From Eledone cirrhosa (lineage: Eukaryota), in assembly GCA_964016885.1 (NCBI GenBank), contig OZ024743.1, positions 20,522,001 through 20,586,000 on the forward strand: 64,000 nucleotides of DNA, in the 5' to 3' direction. The translations under genes and the position numbers were made by a program. The notes beneath the pieces are model-generated. The model had not been told where the DNA came from. It saw only the letters and a program-made list of their open reading frames with translations, and made no database searches. Below, piece by piece: positions 1 to 12,470 of this stretch. Position 1 is the stretch's first letter; every line of letters begins with the position of its first letter.

Positions 1-219
1 TGCTGGGTGCTTTTTTCCGTGGCGCCTACACGTCCACTTTGCAGTGAAATGATAGGGACCCCAGTCCCTATCATCTCATTTCTACAGCTGAGTAAACTGG
101 AGCAATGTGAAATAAAGTGTCTTGCTCAAGGAAACAACACATCACCCGGTCTGAGAATTGAACTCACAAACTTTCGATTGCATGGCCAAATGCTCTAACC
201 ACTAAGCCATGTGGCTCCA
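1..219 (-). mobile_element. tRNA-derived SINE (family A), cut by the window edge
   Basis: Reverse complement reads TGGCTTAGTGG (A box) ... GAGTTCAATTC (B box) ... CCTTGAGCAAGACACTT central block; closely similar to the full copy at 62708-63100. Confidence 0.85.
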
Positions 220-230
220 TATATATATAT

Positions 231-685
231 TAGCGGGAATCGTTTTCTGCTCAGGAATTAACGAAAATCAATGTCCGATATGTGTGGCAAGCGCTCGATG
301 AATCAGAGCTACAACATACGTTAAGGGCCAAACACACTGAGATGATGGTTAAACATATCATCCGCACAGCCAAAACAAAACGACCAAGTAATTCGGGTCA
401 AACAATAAAAATATGTGTTGATACTTTCCCGGACTCTGGACTGATGGTAAAATCCAGTATTGGTTTCTGCGACTCCAAAATCAGGTACTGTCCGCCTACA
501 TAAAGAATGTTGCGCTTCTGGTGAGATGATGAACAAGGAAGTCGTGTTATCAACGGGTTTTGCTCCAAGATGCTATAAATAGTGTGGCTATTACTGACCC
601 CTCGTGGGATTCAGCAAGGGAGGTAACACCTCTATTAAGCGAATGATTCAGTTGTGTATTATTGCGAGAATGCAAAATATCACAA
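231..685 (+). mobile_element. Unclassified CpG-rich insert between (TA)n tracts, possibly a solo LTR
   Basis: Sharp boundaries at TA runs, TATA-like CTATAAAT near 573, ends in ...ATCACA; no recognisable protein. Confidence 0.25.
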
Positions 686-732
<47 letters not shown>

Positions 733-1429
733 ATATATATATATATATATATATTTATTAGAAAGAGAGGTTTTTTTTACAAATTGAAAAATAACCGAGG
801 TGTCCTACACGAGTGAAAGTATAAAGAAAAAGAGATGAAATCGAAAATGCAACTGGAGTCTTATGTTTTTAAAAAATATATATATTTATTTGGTTCATTT
901 ACCGGTTTCGCAGTTCTTCTGCTTTATAAAAGGTGAGTTGAGATGGAGGGTCTGTGGTTTTTCTCTCATCTGGTTGGTCTCTGAATGTTACTTGTTTTAT
1001 ATGAAAAAAGTGGCTCGAAATGCCAGGTTTTTTGAGAAGTAATTTGATTGGTTTGTCAATAATTATAATAGATTTCGCGCCAGTTCGCGTTACAATAGTT
1101 CTTAAAATAAGAGGGGGGGGGGAGGTTGTCACAGGTTGTATTTTCATATATGGGTGTTTGAATTTCTTTTTACTTGAAAAAAAGGGGCTCACGAAGGCTT
1201 TTTTTGGTTGGTTATAAATGAAATTATGGCTGTCTCGTGAACAAGTTTTCATTAAATTTCCGTGCCCTTATTTGGAAATCCATTCTGTAGCCTTTTTAGA
1301 GAATTTTATGATAATGGTCAAGAGAAAGGGATGGGAGAATTGTTCTGGTTCAGTGAATATTGTTAGTTCGCTGGGGTGTCAGAATTCAGATTTTCTATTG
1401 AATAAAGACAGTAAAGATATGTATGTTTA

Positions 1430-1431
1430 TG

Positions 1432-1466
<35 letters not shown>

Positions 1467-1518
1467 TGTGTGTGTGTTTGAATTTCTTTACTTATATATA
1501 TATATATATCTATATATC

Positions 1519-1556
<38 letters not shown>

Positions 1557-1614
1557 TATATATATTTATATATTTATATTTATATATATGTATTTATATA
1601 TATATATATGTATT

Positions 1615-1652
<38 letters not shown>

Positions 1653-1856
1653 TATATATTTATATATATATATTTATATATTTATATATATATATTTATA
1701 TATATATATATATTATATATATTTATATATATTTATATATATATTATATATATATATATATTATATATTATATATATATATATTTATATATATTTATATA
1801 TATATTATATATATATATATATATTATATATTATATATATATATTTATATATATAT
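1430..1856. repeat. (TG)n followed by long (TA/TTTA)n microsatellite
   Basis: Direct inspection. Confidence 0.95.
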
Positions 1857-3045
1857 AAGTTGAAAAAAAAAATGAAAACGAAATTTCATTTCTCACTCTT
1901 AGTATGGCACTTACTTAAATGTAAGTATGTATGTATACGTACATACATATATGTATACAGACGTACAGTAGCATGCATATATATATATATATACATATAT
2001 ACATATACATACAGGTACACATATATATATGCACGCATCAGTTTAGCGGACGCTTATTATAACGCCGCTTTGTTCATTTGTCAACAAACTGAACAGCCTG
2101 AATTTATACCATACGGTGTTAAGGCAACCACGTCACCTTTTTGTTCAACACTGACACAGGAATGATGTACTAGTTTCAAGCTTGTTAGCTATCATCAGCA
2201 CCGTTTACCCATCTGCCAGATAGTTGAACGTTCGAAAGTATATACTTTCCTTATGAAAATTAACGGCTGAGCAGCCTAATTTGCATATTGAGTGAGTTAA
2301 ATCGGTCAGGCATACCGAAAACGATAAGTTGAAAAAAAAAAATGAAAACGAAATTTCATTTCTCACTCTTAGGATGGCACTTACTTAAATATAAGTATGT
2401 ATGTATACGTACATACATATATGTATACAGACGTACAGTAGCATGCATATGTATATATATATATATATATATATACATATACATACAGGTACACATATAT
2501 ATATGCACGCATCAGTTTAGCGGACGCTTATTATAACGCCGCTTTGTTCGTTTGTCAACAAACTGAACAGCCTGAATTTATGCCATACGGTGTTAAGGCA
2601 ACCACGTCACCTTTTTGTTCAACACTGACACAGGAACGATGTACTAGTTTCAAGCTTGTTAGCTATCATCAGCACCGTTTACCCATCTGCCAGATAGAAA
2701 ATTTCGTTTTCATTTTTTTTTTCAACTTATCGTTTTCGGTATGCCTGACCGATTTAACTCACTCAATATGCAAATTAGGCTGCTCAGCCGTTAATTTTCA
2801 TAAGGAAAGTATATACTTTCGAACGTTCACTATCTGGCAGATGGGTAAACGGTGCTGATGATAGCTAACAAGCTTGAAACTAGTACATCGTTCCTGTGTC
2901 AGTGTTGAACAAAAAGGTGACGTGGTTGCCTTAACACCGTATGGCATAAATTCAGGCTGTTCAGTTTGTTGACAAACGAACAAAGCGGCGTTATAATAAG
3001 CATCCGCTAAACTGATGCGTGCATATATATATGTGTACCTGTATG

Positions 3046-3115
<70 letters not shown>

Positions 3116-3889
3116 TGCTACTGTACGTCTGTATACATATATGTATGTACGTATACATACATACTTACATTTAAGTAAGTGCCATACTAAGAGTGAGAAA
3201 TGAAATTTCGTTTTCATTTTTATTTTTCAACTTATCGTTTTCGGTATGCCTGAACGATTTAACTCACTCAATATGCAAATTAGGCTGCTCAGCCGTTAAT
3301 TTTCATAAGGAAAGTATATACTTTCGAACGTTCAACTATCTGGCAGATGGGTAAACGGTGCTGATGATAGCTAACAAGCTTGAAACTAGTACATCGTTCC
3401 TGTGTCAGTGTTGAACAAAAAGGTGACGTGGTTGCCTTAACACCGTATGGCATAAATTCAGGCTGTTCAGTTTGTTGACAAACGAACAAAGCGGCGTTAT
3501 AATAAGCGTCCGCTAAACTGATGCGTGCATATATATATATGTGTACCTGTATGTATATATGTATATATATATATATGCATGCTACTGTACGTCTGTATAC
3601 ATATGCAAATTAGGCTGCTCAGCCGTTAATTTTCATAAGGAAAGTATATACTTTCGAACGTTCAACTATCTGGCAGATGGGTAAACGGTGCTGATGATAG
3701 CTAACAAGCTTGAAACTAGTACATCGTTCCTGTGTCAGTGTCGAACAAAAAGGTGACGTGGTTGCCTTAACACCGTATGGCATAAATTCAGGCTGTTCAG
3801 TTTGTTGACAAACGAACAAAGCGGCGTTATAATAAGCGTCCGCTAAACTGATGCGTGCATATATATATGTGTACCTGTATGTATATGTA

Positions 3890-3920
<31 letters not shown>

Positions 3921-4370
3921 GCATGCTACTGTACGTCAGTATACATATATGTATGTACGTATACATACATACTTACATTTAAGTAAGTGCCATCCTAAGA
4001 GTGAGAAATGAAATTTCGTTTTCATTTTTTTTTTTTTCAACTTTCCTTTTTCGGTATGCCTGACCGATTTAACTCACTCAATATGCAAATTAGGCTGCTC
4101 AGCCGTTAATTTTCATAAGGAAAGTATATACTTTCGAACGTTCAAACTATCTGGCAGATGGGTAAACGGTGCTGATGATAGCTAACAAGCTTGAAACTAG
4201 TACATCGTTCCTGTGTCAGTGTTGAACAAAAAGGTGACGTGGTTGCCTTAACACCGTATGGCATAAATTCAGGCTGTTCAGTTTGTTGACAAACGAACAA
4301 AGCGGCGTTATAATAAGCGTCCGCTAAACTGATGCGTGCATATATATATGTGTACCTGTATTTATATGTA

Positions 4371-4416
<46 letters not shown>

Positions 4417-4467
4417 TACTACTGTACGTCTGTATACATATATGTATGTACGTATACATACATACTT
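1857..4467. repeat. Array of about six ~470-500 bp units, two on + then four on -
   Basis: Units at 1857-2325 (+), 2326-2697 (+, truncated), 2729-3233 (-), 3234-~3603 (-, truncated), ~3601-4043 (-), 4044-4467 (-). They are near-identical apart from the length of an internal (TA)n. Confidence 0.95.
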
Positions 4468-4805
<338 letters not shown>

Positions 4806-4849
4806 GCATGCACACACATGCATATATAGATAGATGTTTATACACACAC

Positions 4850-6050
4850 AGTCATGCCAAACATTTAAAGCCATATGACAAAAATGTTTAATTTCTCAGT
4901 GATAGCAAAGTATTGCATTATTAACTTTGTGTTTTGCAAAATACTTACAATGGTTTCAATTTATTGCATCATCCACATTATTTAAATATTTATTGAACAT
5001 CATTTGTCTTTTTTACTGCTACTTGAAATGCTGTGCATTTATTTTAAAGGATTATTATTATCAAGTTAGTTGTATATTTTTGAACTAAACAATCCTTTTC
5101 TGATGTTCAAAGAGCCCATAAGAAACAGTTTACTGAAAGCTTTATATGACCGGAGTTACTTAGAATATGAGAGTTTTGTCATAATGAATTGTTGCAAGAT
5201 AGTAGAACATAATGTTATTAACAAATACCAAAGCTGTGGTTCATGTTCTGACTAGAAGAAAAGTGCCCCCCCCCCCTCCTCCTAAATAAAAAAAATAGTC
5301 ATAGAAATTATCATATCATAAAACAAACATTACCCCATGTTCTCCTACAAGTTCATGAAAAACAATTGATCTTGCAATGTTTCTAATGGGTCCCAAGATG
5401 AATTGTAGGACTGTATCACACCAGCTGATTCCAGAATTTGAGCTAAATCTGCCCATAAGCCAGGATTTACATTGGTTATGAAAAGGAAGTGCCCGATATA
5501 TGTTTAAAAAAAAAAAAAAAAGGCCATGAAGAATAGAAAGAAGAGCAATGAGGCCAAGATATGTTTTCTCATAAATCAACATTGCAGCAGTTTGTAGTAT
5601 GCCTGTGACATGACAGATGGCAACTTGGAAAAAAATGATAAAAAGTATACCACACAGCAAATGGAACAACTATCCAGTCAGATAATCCAGCATGACATTT
5701 CAAAGTCTGAAACCAATGACTTTGGGATGACTATAATGGCCAGAAGTACCTGAAAATGTTGAAAAGAAAATTGGATATGCACATACATGGATAAAACATA
5801 CACAATAGTACTTCATGCCACATAACAAAGATTGTGTGCTGTAATACCTTAAGGTCATGGTCATATAATTGGAATTGCCTAAAAATAGCCTTCAATTCAA
5901 TTCTATTGAAAATATATGGAAATACACAGAGAAAGGTTGTAGACTAACAATTATACAGTGTAAAAGCTTTAGTTGAAGCAATTAAAGATGTATAGATTAA
6001 TCAACTTCCACAGGAAGTGAGTTTGAAATTGTATTTTTTTTTATAAGATG
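4850..6050 (+). mobile_element. Decayed Tc1-family DNA transposon (transposase pseudogene)
   Basis: 5875-5919 translates LPKNSLQFNSIENIW (cf. Tc1 WPxNSPDLNPIENxW). Upstream remnants include NVINKYQSCGS (HTH region) and FSHKSTLQQFVV (cf. FSDES). Many stops and frameshifts. Confidence 0.75.
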
Positions 6051-6321
6051 TTGCTTTCTTTTTTGCTTAAAATTATAGGTTTGGGTATTATTTTGTGTTT
6101 GTTTGTTTGTATGTATGTATATATATATGTGTGTGTGTATATATATATATATATACACACACGTATATATCTATATTTATATATATATCTACAAACATTC
6201 ACCAATTAATGTTATTTACCTTGCTAGTAAGCATTGTGTGGTTTGTTATAAACCGAGCTAGTACCATCAAAAACTAGCTAGCAGGGAAAAGGACAATAAA
6301 TGATCCTACCCCCCCCCCACT

Positions 6322-6655
<334 letters not shown>

Positions 6656-6721
6656 ATATATATATATATATATATATATTGACTTGGCAAGCTATTTAGA
6701 ACACTGATTTAACCGCTTTAC

Positions 6722-6760
6722 TTCCCTCCGAAGAAGAGATATTATCTCGAAAATTTAGGA
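6722..6760 (+). ncRNA. Degenerate hammerhead ribozyme-like motif
   Basis: CCGAAGA (core CTGANGA, one change), A, stem II GAGAT-ATT-ATCTC, GAAA; flanking CCT/AGG can pair; AATAAA follows at ~6767. Confidence 0.5.
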
Positions 6761-6873
6761 CATTTAAATAAATCTAAGGTAAAAGACTAATTGTCAACAA
6801 TATCTTTTGCATTTGCATTCTTTATTCTATGTCCATACCTGCATTGTTTTGGCTTTATTATACATATACAAAC

Positions 6874-6927
<54 letters not shown>

Positions 6928-6991
6928 CATACACACAGTGAGATAGAGTGTGTGTGTATCTTTGTAAAATATACATATATTTGTATTTACT

Positions 6992-7026
<35 letters not shown>

Positions 7027-7312
7027 ATATATATGTATACACACACACCCACATTTATATACATATTTTTTTCTCTTCCAGCTACTTTAATCTTAAATGT
7101 TGTAATCCTATTTATCTTGCTATTATCAGTGCTTAACCTGTTATTAACTGTTCACGTACTTCTGTCTGTCCCATCAATACTCATAACAACCTGTGTTTGA
7201 AATAATAAACAGCTGAAAAATAAATGAACAATGCCAAATAATTACTTAATCTGTTAATTATTTCCCAATCCATAATTAATATACACAAAATATAGATGAG
7301 ACAGACAACAAC

Positions 7313-7350
<38 letters not shown>

Positions 7351-7361
7351 GTTGTTGTTTG

Positions 7362-7407
<46 letters not shown>

Positions 7408-7411
<4 letters not shown>

Positions 7412-9206
7412 TCATCATCATCATCATCACCGTTTTACGTCCGTTCCACGCTAGCATGGGTTAGACGGGTTGTCCTGTTGTGGGCAGTGTCTGGTCGGCT
7501 GACCATGCCTTGCTCATACAGGAACTGATCTGGCTTGATTTCTACAGCTGGATGCCCTTCCTAACACCAACCTCATTTACAGTGAGTGCTGGGTGCTTTT
7601 TCGTGGCGCCTACACGTCCACTTTACAGTGTGGGCTGGGTGCTTTTTTGCCGTGGCACCTCCACGACCACCTTGCGGTGGGGGGAGTGGGGGCATATTGT
7701 TTATATGCTTCAGCATGTACCCATGGGAGGTCGGGTACCCTGTATTACTGCGTGACGCCAGAAGTCACGGTCGTGTGTCATTGACTTTGAGAGGTGTAGT
7801 TGGGTAAGGTCGGCTTTTATCACCTCATCACAGGTCATCTTGGGTCTCCCCACTCCGCGGTTTCCATCAACTTCTAGTGCTCTGCACCTTTTTATGCAGC
7901 TGTCATCCTTCATACGCATCACATGTCCATACCAGCGTAACCGCCTCTCCTGCACGCAGCATTTGATTCCTCTTATGCTCAGTCTCTCTCTCAATTCCTT
8001 TATGCTTTGTCGTTCACGTATATTACTGTTACACATCCATCGGAGCATGCAGGCTTCGTTTCTTTCTAATCTACGTAAGTCTTCCACCTTCAGCGCCCAG
8101 GTCTCACTACCATGCAACATCGCTGTTCGGATACACGCATCATACAGTCTGCCTTTCATTCTGAGGGAGAAGCCTTTTGCAGCTAGCAGTGGTAGTAGTT
8201 CCCTAAACTTCTTCCATCCCGTTCTTACCCTAGTTATTGTACTTTCTGAGCACCCACTTCCGTTGCTAATTCGGTCACCTAGGTAGCAGAAGCTGTCTAC
8301 TGTTTCTACAGGGCCCTCCCAGAGATTGGTGGTACTTGTTTCCTGTGGCTGTTTGCTTGCTGTTTCAGCACAGCTGCTGCATGTGAATCCTACATTCTTA
8401 ATTAAGCTTCCTGAGATCCCGCTACATCTCTTGTGTACCCATTGTTTGCATTTGGGGCAGAGAATGGAGTTCCTACCTACACCTTTCCTACATACTGAGC
8501 AAGGCCATTTCCCTGAGGGGATCTGGGTTCTGTTTTCTCGTCTACTTATAAGGACCTTAGTCTTTGTCATGTTGACTTTGAGGCCCTTTCTCTCTAGTCC
8601 CTGCTTCCAGGTTTGGAATTTATTCTCTAGTTCTACCATAGATTCAGCTATGAGTGCGAGGTCATCAGCATACAGGAGTTCCCATGGGCATCCGGTCTTA
8701 AACTCCTCCGTTATTGCCTGCAGGACTATGATGAACAGGAGAGGGCTAAGAACAGAGCCCTGGTGGACCCCAACCTGTACGCTAAATTCCTCGCTATACT
8801 CATTGCTAATCCTAACTTTGCTGACTGCTCCCCTATACATGGCTTGTACCGCTTTCACAAGCCATTCATCTACTCCTAATTTTCTAAGAGCCCACCAGAT
8901 TACTGCACGTGGAACTCTGTCAAAGGCTTTCTCAAGGTCGACAAATGCCAAGTAGAGTGGCTTACTTTTAGCTAGGTACTTTTCCTGTAATTGCCTCACA
9001 AGGAAGAGGGCATCAGTGGTGCCTTTCCCTGGTACAAACCCAAATTGCATCTCGTCTATATTCACCCGGTCCCTAATCAGCTGTGCTATAACTCTTTCTG
9101 TTACTTTCATGACCTGGTCCATCAACTTCATACCTCTATAGTTTCCTCTATCTAGTGCATCGCCTTTACCTTTGTAGCAGTTGACAATGATGCTACTGCA
9201 CCAATC
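7408..9206 (-). mobile_element. RTE-clade LINE, 5'-truncated, with intact 3' UTR and (GAT)n tail
   Basis: Open RT ORF, 3' UTR, and (ATC)n tail on + at 7408-7428. Confidence 0.95.
7710..9206 (-). CDS. RTE reverse transcriptase (C-terminal part of ORF, frame open)
   Basis: QFGF, FVDLEKAFD, GVHQGSVLSPLLF, LLYADD, FCYLG, HGSETW and RLRWYGHV motifs. Confidence 0.95.
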   Translation of the reverse strand, partial: DWCSSIIVNCYKGKGDALDRGNYRGMKLMDQVMKVTERVIAQLIRDRVNIDEMQFGFVPGKGTTDALFLVRQLQEKYLAKSKPLYLAFVDLEKAFDRVPRAVIWWALRKLGVDEWLVKAVQAMYRGAVSKVRISNEYSEEFSVQVGVHQGSVLSPLLFIIVLQAITEEFKTGCPWELLYADDLALIAESMVELENKFQTWKQGLERKGLKVNMTKTKVLISRRENRTQIPSGKWPCSVCRKGVGRNSILCPKCKQWVHKRCSGISGSLIKNVGFTCSSCAETASKQPQETSTTNLWEGPVETVDSFCYLGDRISNGSGCSESTITRVRTGWKKFRELLPLLAAKGFSLRMKGRLYDACIRTAMLHGSETWALKVEDLRRLERNEACMLRWMCNSNIRERQSIKELRERLSIRGIKCCVQERRLRWYGHVMRMKDDSCIKRCRALEVDGNRGVGRPKMTCDEVIKADLTQLHLSKSMTHDRDFWRHAVIQGTRPPMGTC

Positions 9207-9269
9207 TATATATATTGCACCCAATGCACTCTGCAAGTTCTAGCACTGATATTATAATAAAATATACTC

Positions 9270-9478
9270 TACCCAGCCTGTAAGGTAGTTGTGTACACCT
9301 CAGTTCACACTGCAAAGGGATTGCTTTTAGGAGGGGCATTCAGCTATAGAGACCATGTCAAATAGAAGTATATTAGCAAGATGTGATGTGATCATTTAAC
9401 CTACCTAGTCTTAAAATGTGACAACCTATCTGGCCCATGCCAGCATGGAGCACTGACATAAAACACTGATGGTGATCT
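9270..9478 (+). mobile_element. Decayed SINE/RTE 3' tail
   Basis: AGGAGGGGCATTCAGCTATAG and CCCATGCCAGCATGGA...TGATGGTGAT match the shared tail. Confidence 0.5.
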
Positions 9479-12269
9479 GTGCATACATACATATGTACAC
9501 ACATAAATACACGCATGCTCGTGCGCGCACACACACACATTCTCTTTTATTTTCTATGCACCCCCACATGAAAGACAATACTTCCTTAAATGGTACTTTA
9601 ATTCAATGTGGTTTAACAATGTACAATTTCTTCTAAATGTTCATAAAGTGTAGGTTTGCTTGAGACAGTAATTTACATAAAGTAACAATTTTCAATTTCA
9701 ACACCATTCATAACACAAGATTTGAGTGAACACACATTTTAGACATAGTATTGTGCATATGAATGTTTGGAAAGTCAGCCATGTAATTCATATGTTTGTG
9801 AAGAACAAGTTCATTTGGGTCACACATGTAACATGAATATGAAATATTGCTCAGATAAAGGATGGGAAATCAGCTTCAATGTTTAGTAACCTGGTGGAAT
9901 AGAGATGCAGCAAATTGATATTTCATTCTACTAAAATGTGTTTTGTATTAAACATTAAGTTTCAATTCTATAGCCAATGCATAGCTGAAAAATACTGCTC
10001 TCAGATTTTTCCAATAAATAAGTAAACAAGCAAAAATACAAACAAAGAAAAATGGTGAATGTCTAAACTTCCCACGTTTGAATGAGAGTTGTTAGAAACA
10101 ACTAATACTTCAGTATGTGTAGCAACAAACAATAGCTAGAATAACCACCATATAAAAGTATGTCCAACCAAAGAAAAAGACAGAAAATAATTAATTAGTA
10201 GGCTAATTAAATACACACATTCACTATGAGTATTCCCTGTCTGCTAAATATGGCAAATATGACATCTGAATCTGGTACTAAGTGTAATTAATTGCTAGAT
10301 CTGCAACACGACCATAGCAAAATTTGCATCACTAGATGAGCATAACAAATTTAAATTATAATCAACAAAATTATTTGGTCATATCAGTTGGCATGTAAAA
10401 AAAAAATGGAGGAATTAGAAATTGTATTGGCCAATGAGTGCAATGTACCATCTGATTCCATTTCAAATAGTAGTTAAATGCATCAACATTCTTGATCAGA
10501 GTTGACTTGGGGCTACACAACAACACCAGGCCAATATTAAATTAAGTTCTGACATAGCATTAGATATCCAATAGCAGCAGCAGACTACAATGAGAACTGC
10601 TATTACTACCTTCCTATTTTATTTAATATGCAGAACTCTCCCCTATTTATTCCTCACAGCTTCAAGTTTTATAGCAAAACACAAAAAGTCATGCAGCCCA
10701 ACCAGAAAAACATTTCAAAATATCATTTAAATGGTATTTCTAAATTTCAAAGTACCTTTCTACATCAAACAATTGAAGGTAGGGCTCTAGAATAAATATA
10801 TTCATTCATGGGACAGAGACTATATAAAACAAAGGTGTTGAGAGCTCACAATGGAGATGACAAAGGAAGGTAATGCAGGAAAAGACCCACCCAACCTATG
10901 CAAGTATAGAAAAGCTGACAAACTAGTGATACTGATGATTGGATGACCATCGAAGATCATGAATTTATCTGTCTCTTCACGATTTGTTTACTGCTTTACA
11001 CTGCAGGGTCTAGAAATGACCTGACTGGTTCATTGAGGTCACCAGTTTAGGTATCGATGACTTGACCATACAATATGTTGCACTGGTTTACATGTAACCT
11101 GTAGTGCTCATAAGCAACCTTTCACATACACACGCATGGTTTTATTGTCAATGCCTTCACATTTTACTTTAATGTTTCTAAAATTAAATTGAACCATGCA
11201 GGCTCAGTGTGTGTATTTGTGTGTGCATAATTGAAATGTTAGTAAAATTATAGTAAGGAAAATCCTGTTATATCTGTAAAAAAATCATACAAATACTGTG
11301 TTTCAAATAACTAATTCATGATTCTCATTCAGCATGTTGTTCATCAACTTAGTTCTTTATTTCCTGTGTAATGCTGGCTATCCTTCTAATATATGCAAAC
11401 ACACACATGCACACACACGCGCGCGAGTACTGCACCAAGATAAGTAAAACGTCAGCGTGAAGAGATTATGAATTTATTTGCTTTGACATATGTTTCTGTG
11501 TCTATTATAAATTATCTACATATGCTGACTACAATATATATTGTTCAATCATATGCAATACTTAATTATTTATTGCATTTCATCAGAAAGCCTATCATAG
11601 TAGTGGAATATATATATGCATCTTTAGCAGCATTCTGTAGTCCTGCTACTGGTATATGCTTTTTTAGTCACTATTTCTCTGTCATTTTAGTTATCTAGTC
11701 CCACTGCAATTGGCTCTTTACTGATAGATACTTCTACACCAAGAAGAGCAGTACTATTCTATCTACCTACATTGTATTGACCCTCCATCAGATTGATTGG
11801 AATGGTTGTGTTTCTTTAACTCTCATTGCTCAATGTATTTCATTGTGAACTCTGTGCTTATGTTTGACATACACAAACACTCACATGAAATTGCACAAGC
11901 ACACATACATACACTCACATACATTTATATATGGTTATATGTATCATATGTATATATTGCTATGCTGGGATTGGCTGGTTGGATCGTCATGGTTTGTGAA
12001 CTTATCTGTAGTTATTTGTCTTCAAGAAGAATCTAGGGGAACATGAATGACTTCATTATTTTTTCTGGAATGATTTCTGTTGAACCACTTTACATTATGT
12101 AGTGGGTTCAATTTATCATGGCACCATGACTAAGGAAACTGCTTTTTACCTGCAAGACTAAAGAGCTTTTACTCTTGAGTGTTTTCTTGATGAAAAGTGT
12201 TCAGGATCGATGAAAGAAGACAAACTGGAATGGAAGATAAAGGTGAATGTATGATTGAGTTGATATTGT

Positions 12270-12470
12270 AGAGGAGGGTGTAATGGAGGAGAGACATTAA
12301 TGGCAGGGAGTAATGGAGGAGAGACAGTGATGGTAGGAAGTAATGGAGGAGAGACAGTGATGGTAGGGAGTAATGGAAGAGACACAGTGATGGTAGGGTG
12401 TTAAGGAGGAGGGATTGTGAGGGAAGTAAGTAATGGAGGAGAGAGTGTGATGGTAGGGTGTAATGGAGTG
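12270..12470. repeat. 30-bp minisatellite, about 6-7 copies
   Basis: Unit approximately GTAATGGAGGAGAGACAGTGATGGTAGGGA. Confidence 0.9.

Noticed and set aside
1423-2165. Long Y/I- and C/V-rich ORFs (also 4332-4833, 6829-7200, 20547-20963, 62151-62703)
   Set aside because: Translations of (TA)n/(TG)n microsatellites, which lack stop codons by composition.
2768-3030. U6-type snRNA gene (octamer, then TTATAA, then GTGC)
   Set aside because: The downstream sequence is a microsatellite, not U6; no recognisable PSE or Sm site.
2544-4459. Recurring ORF MFVCQQTEQPEFMPYGVK...
   Set aside because: Recurs only because the DNA unit is repeated; start and frame vary with the internal (TA)n length; no protein motif.
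7840-8955. Plus-strand ORFs of 148 and 209 aa (also several within 34197-39746)
   Set aside because: Antisense shadows of the RTE ORF.
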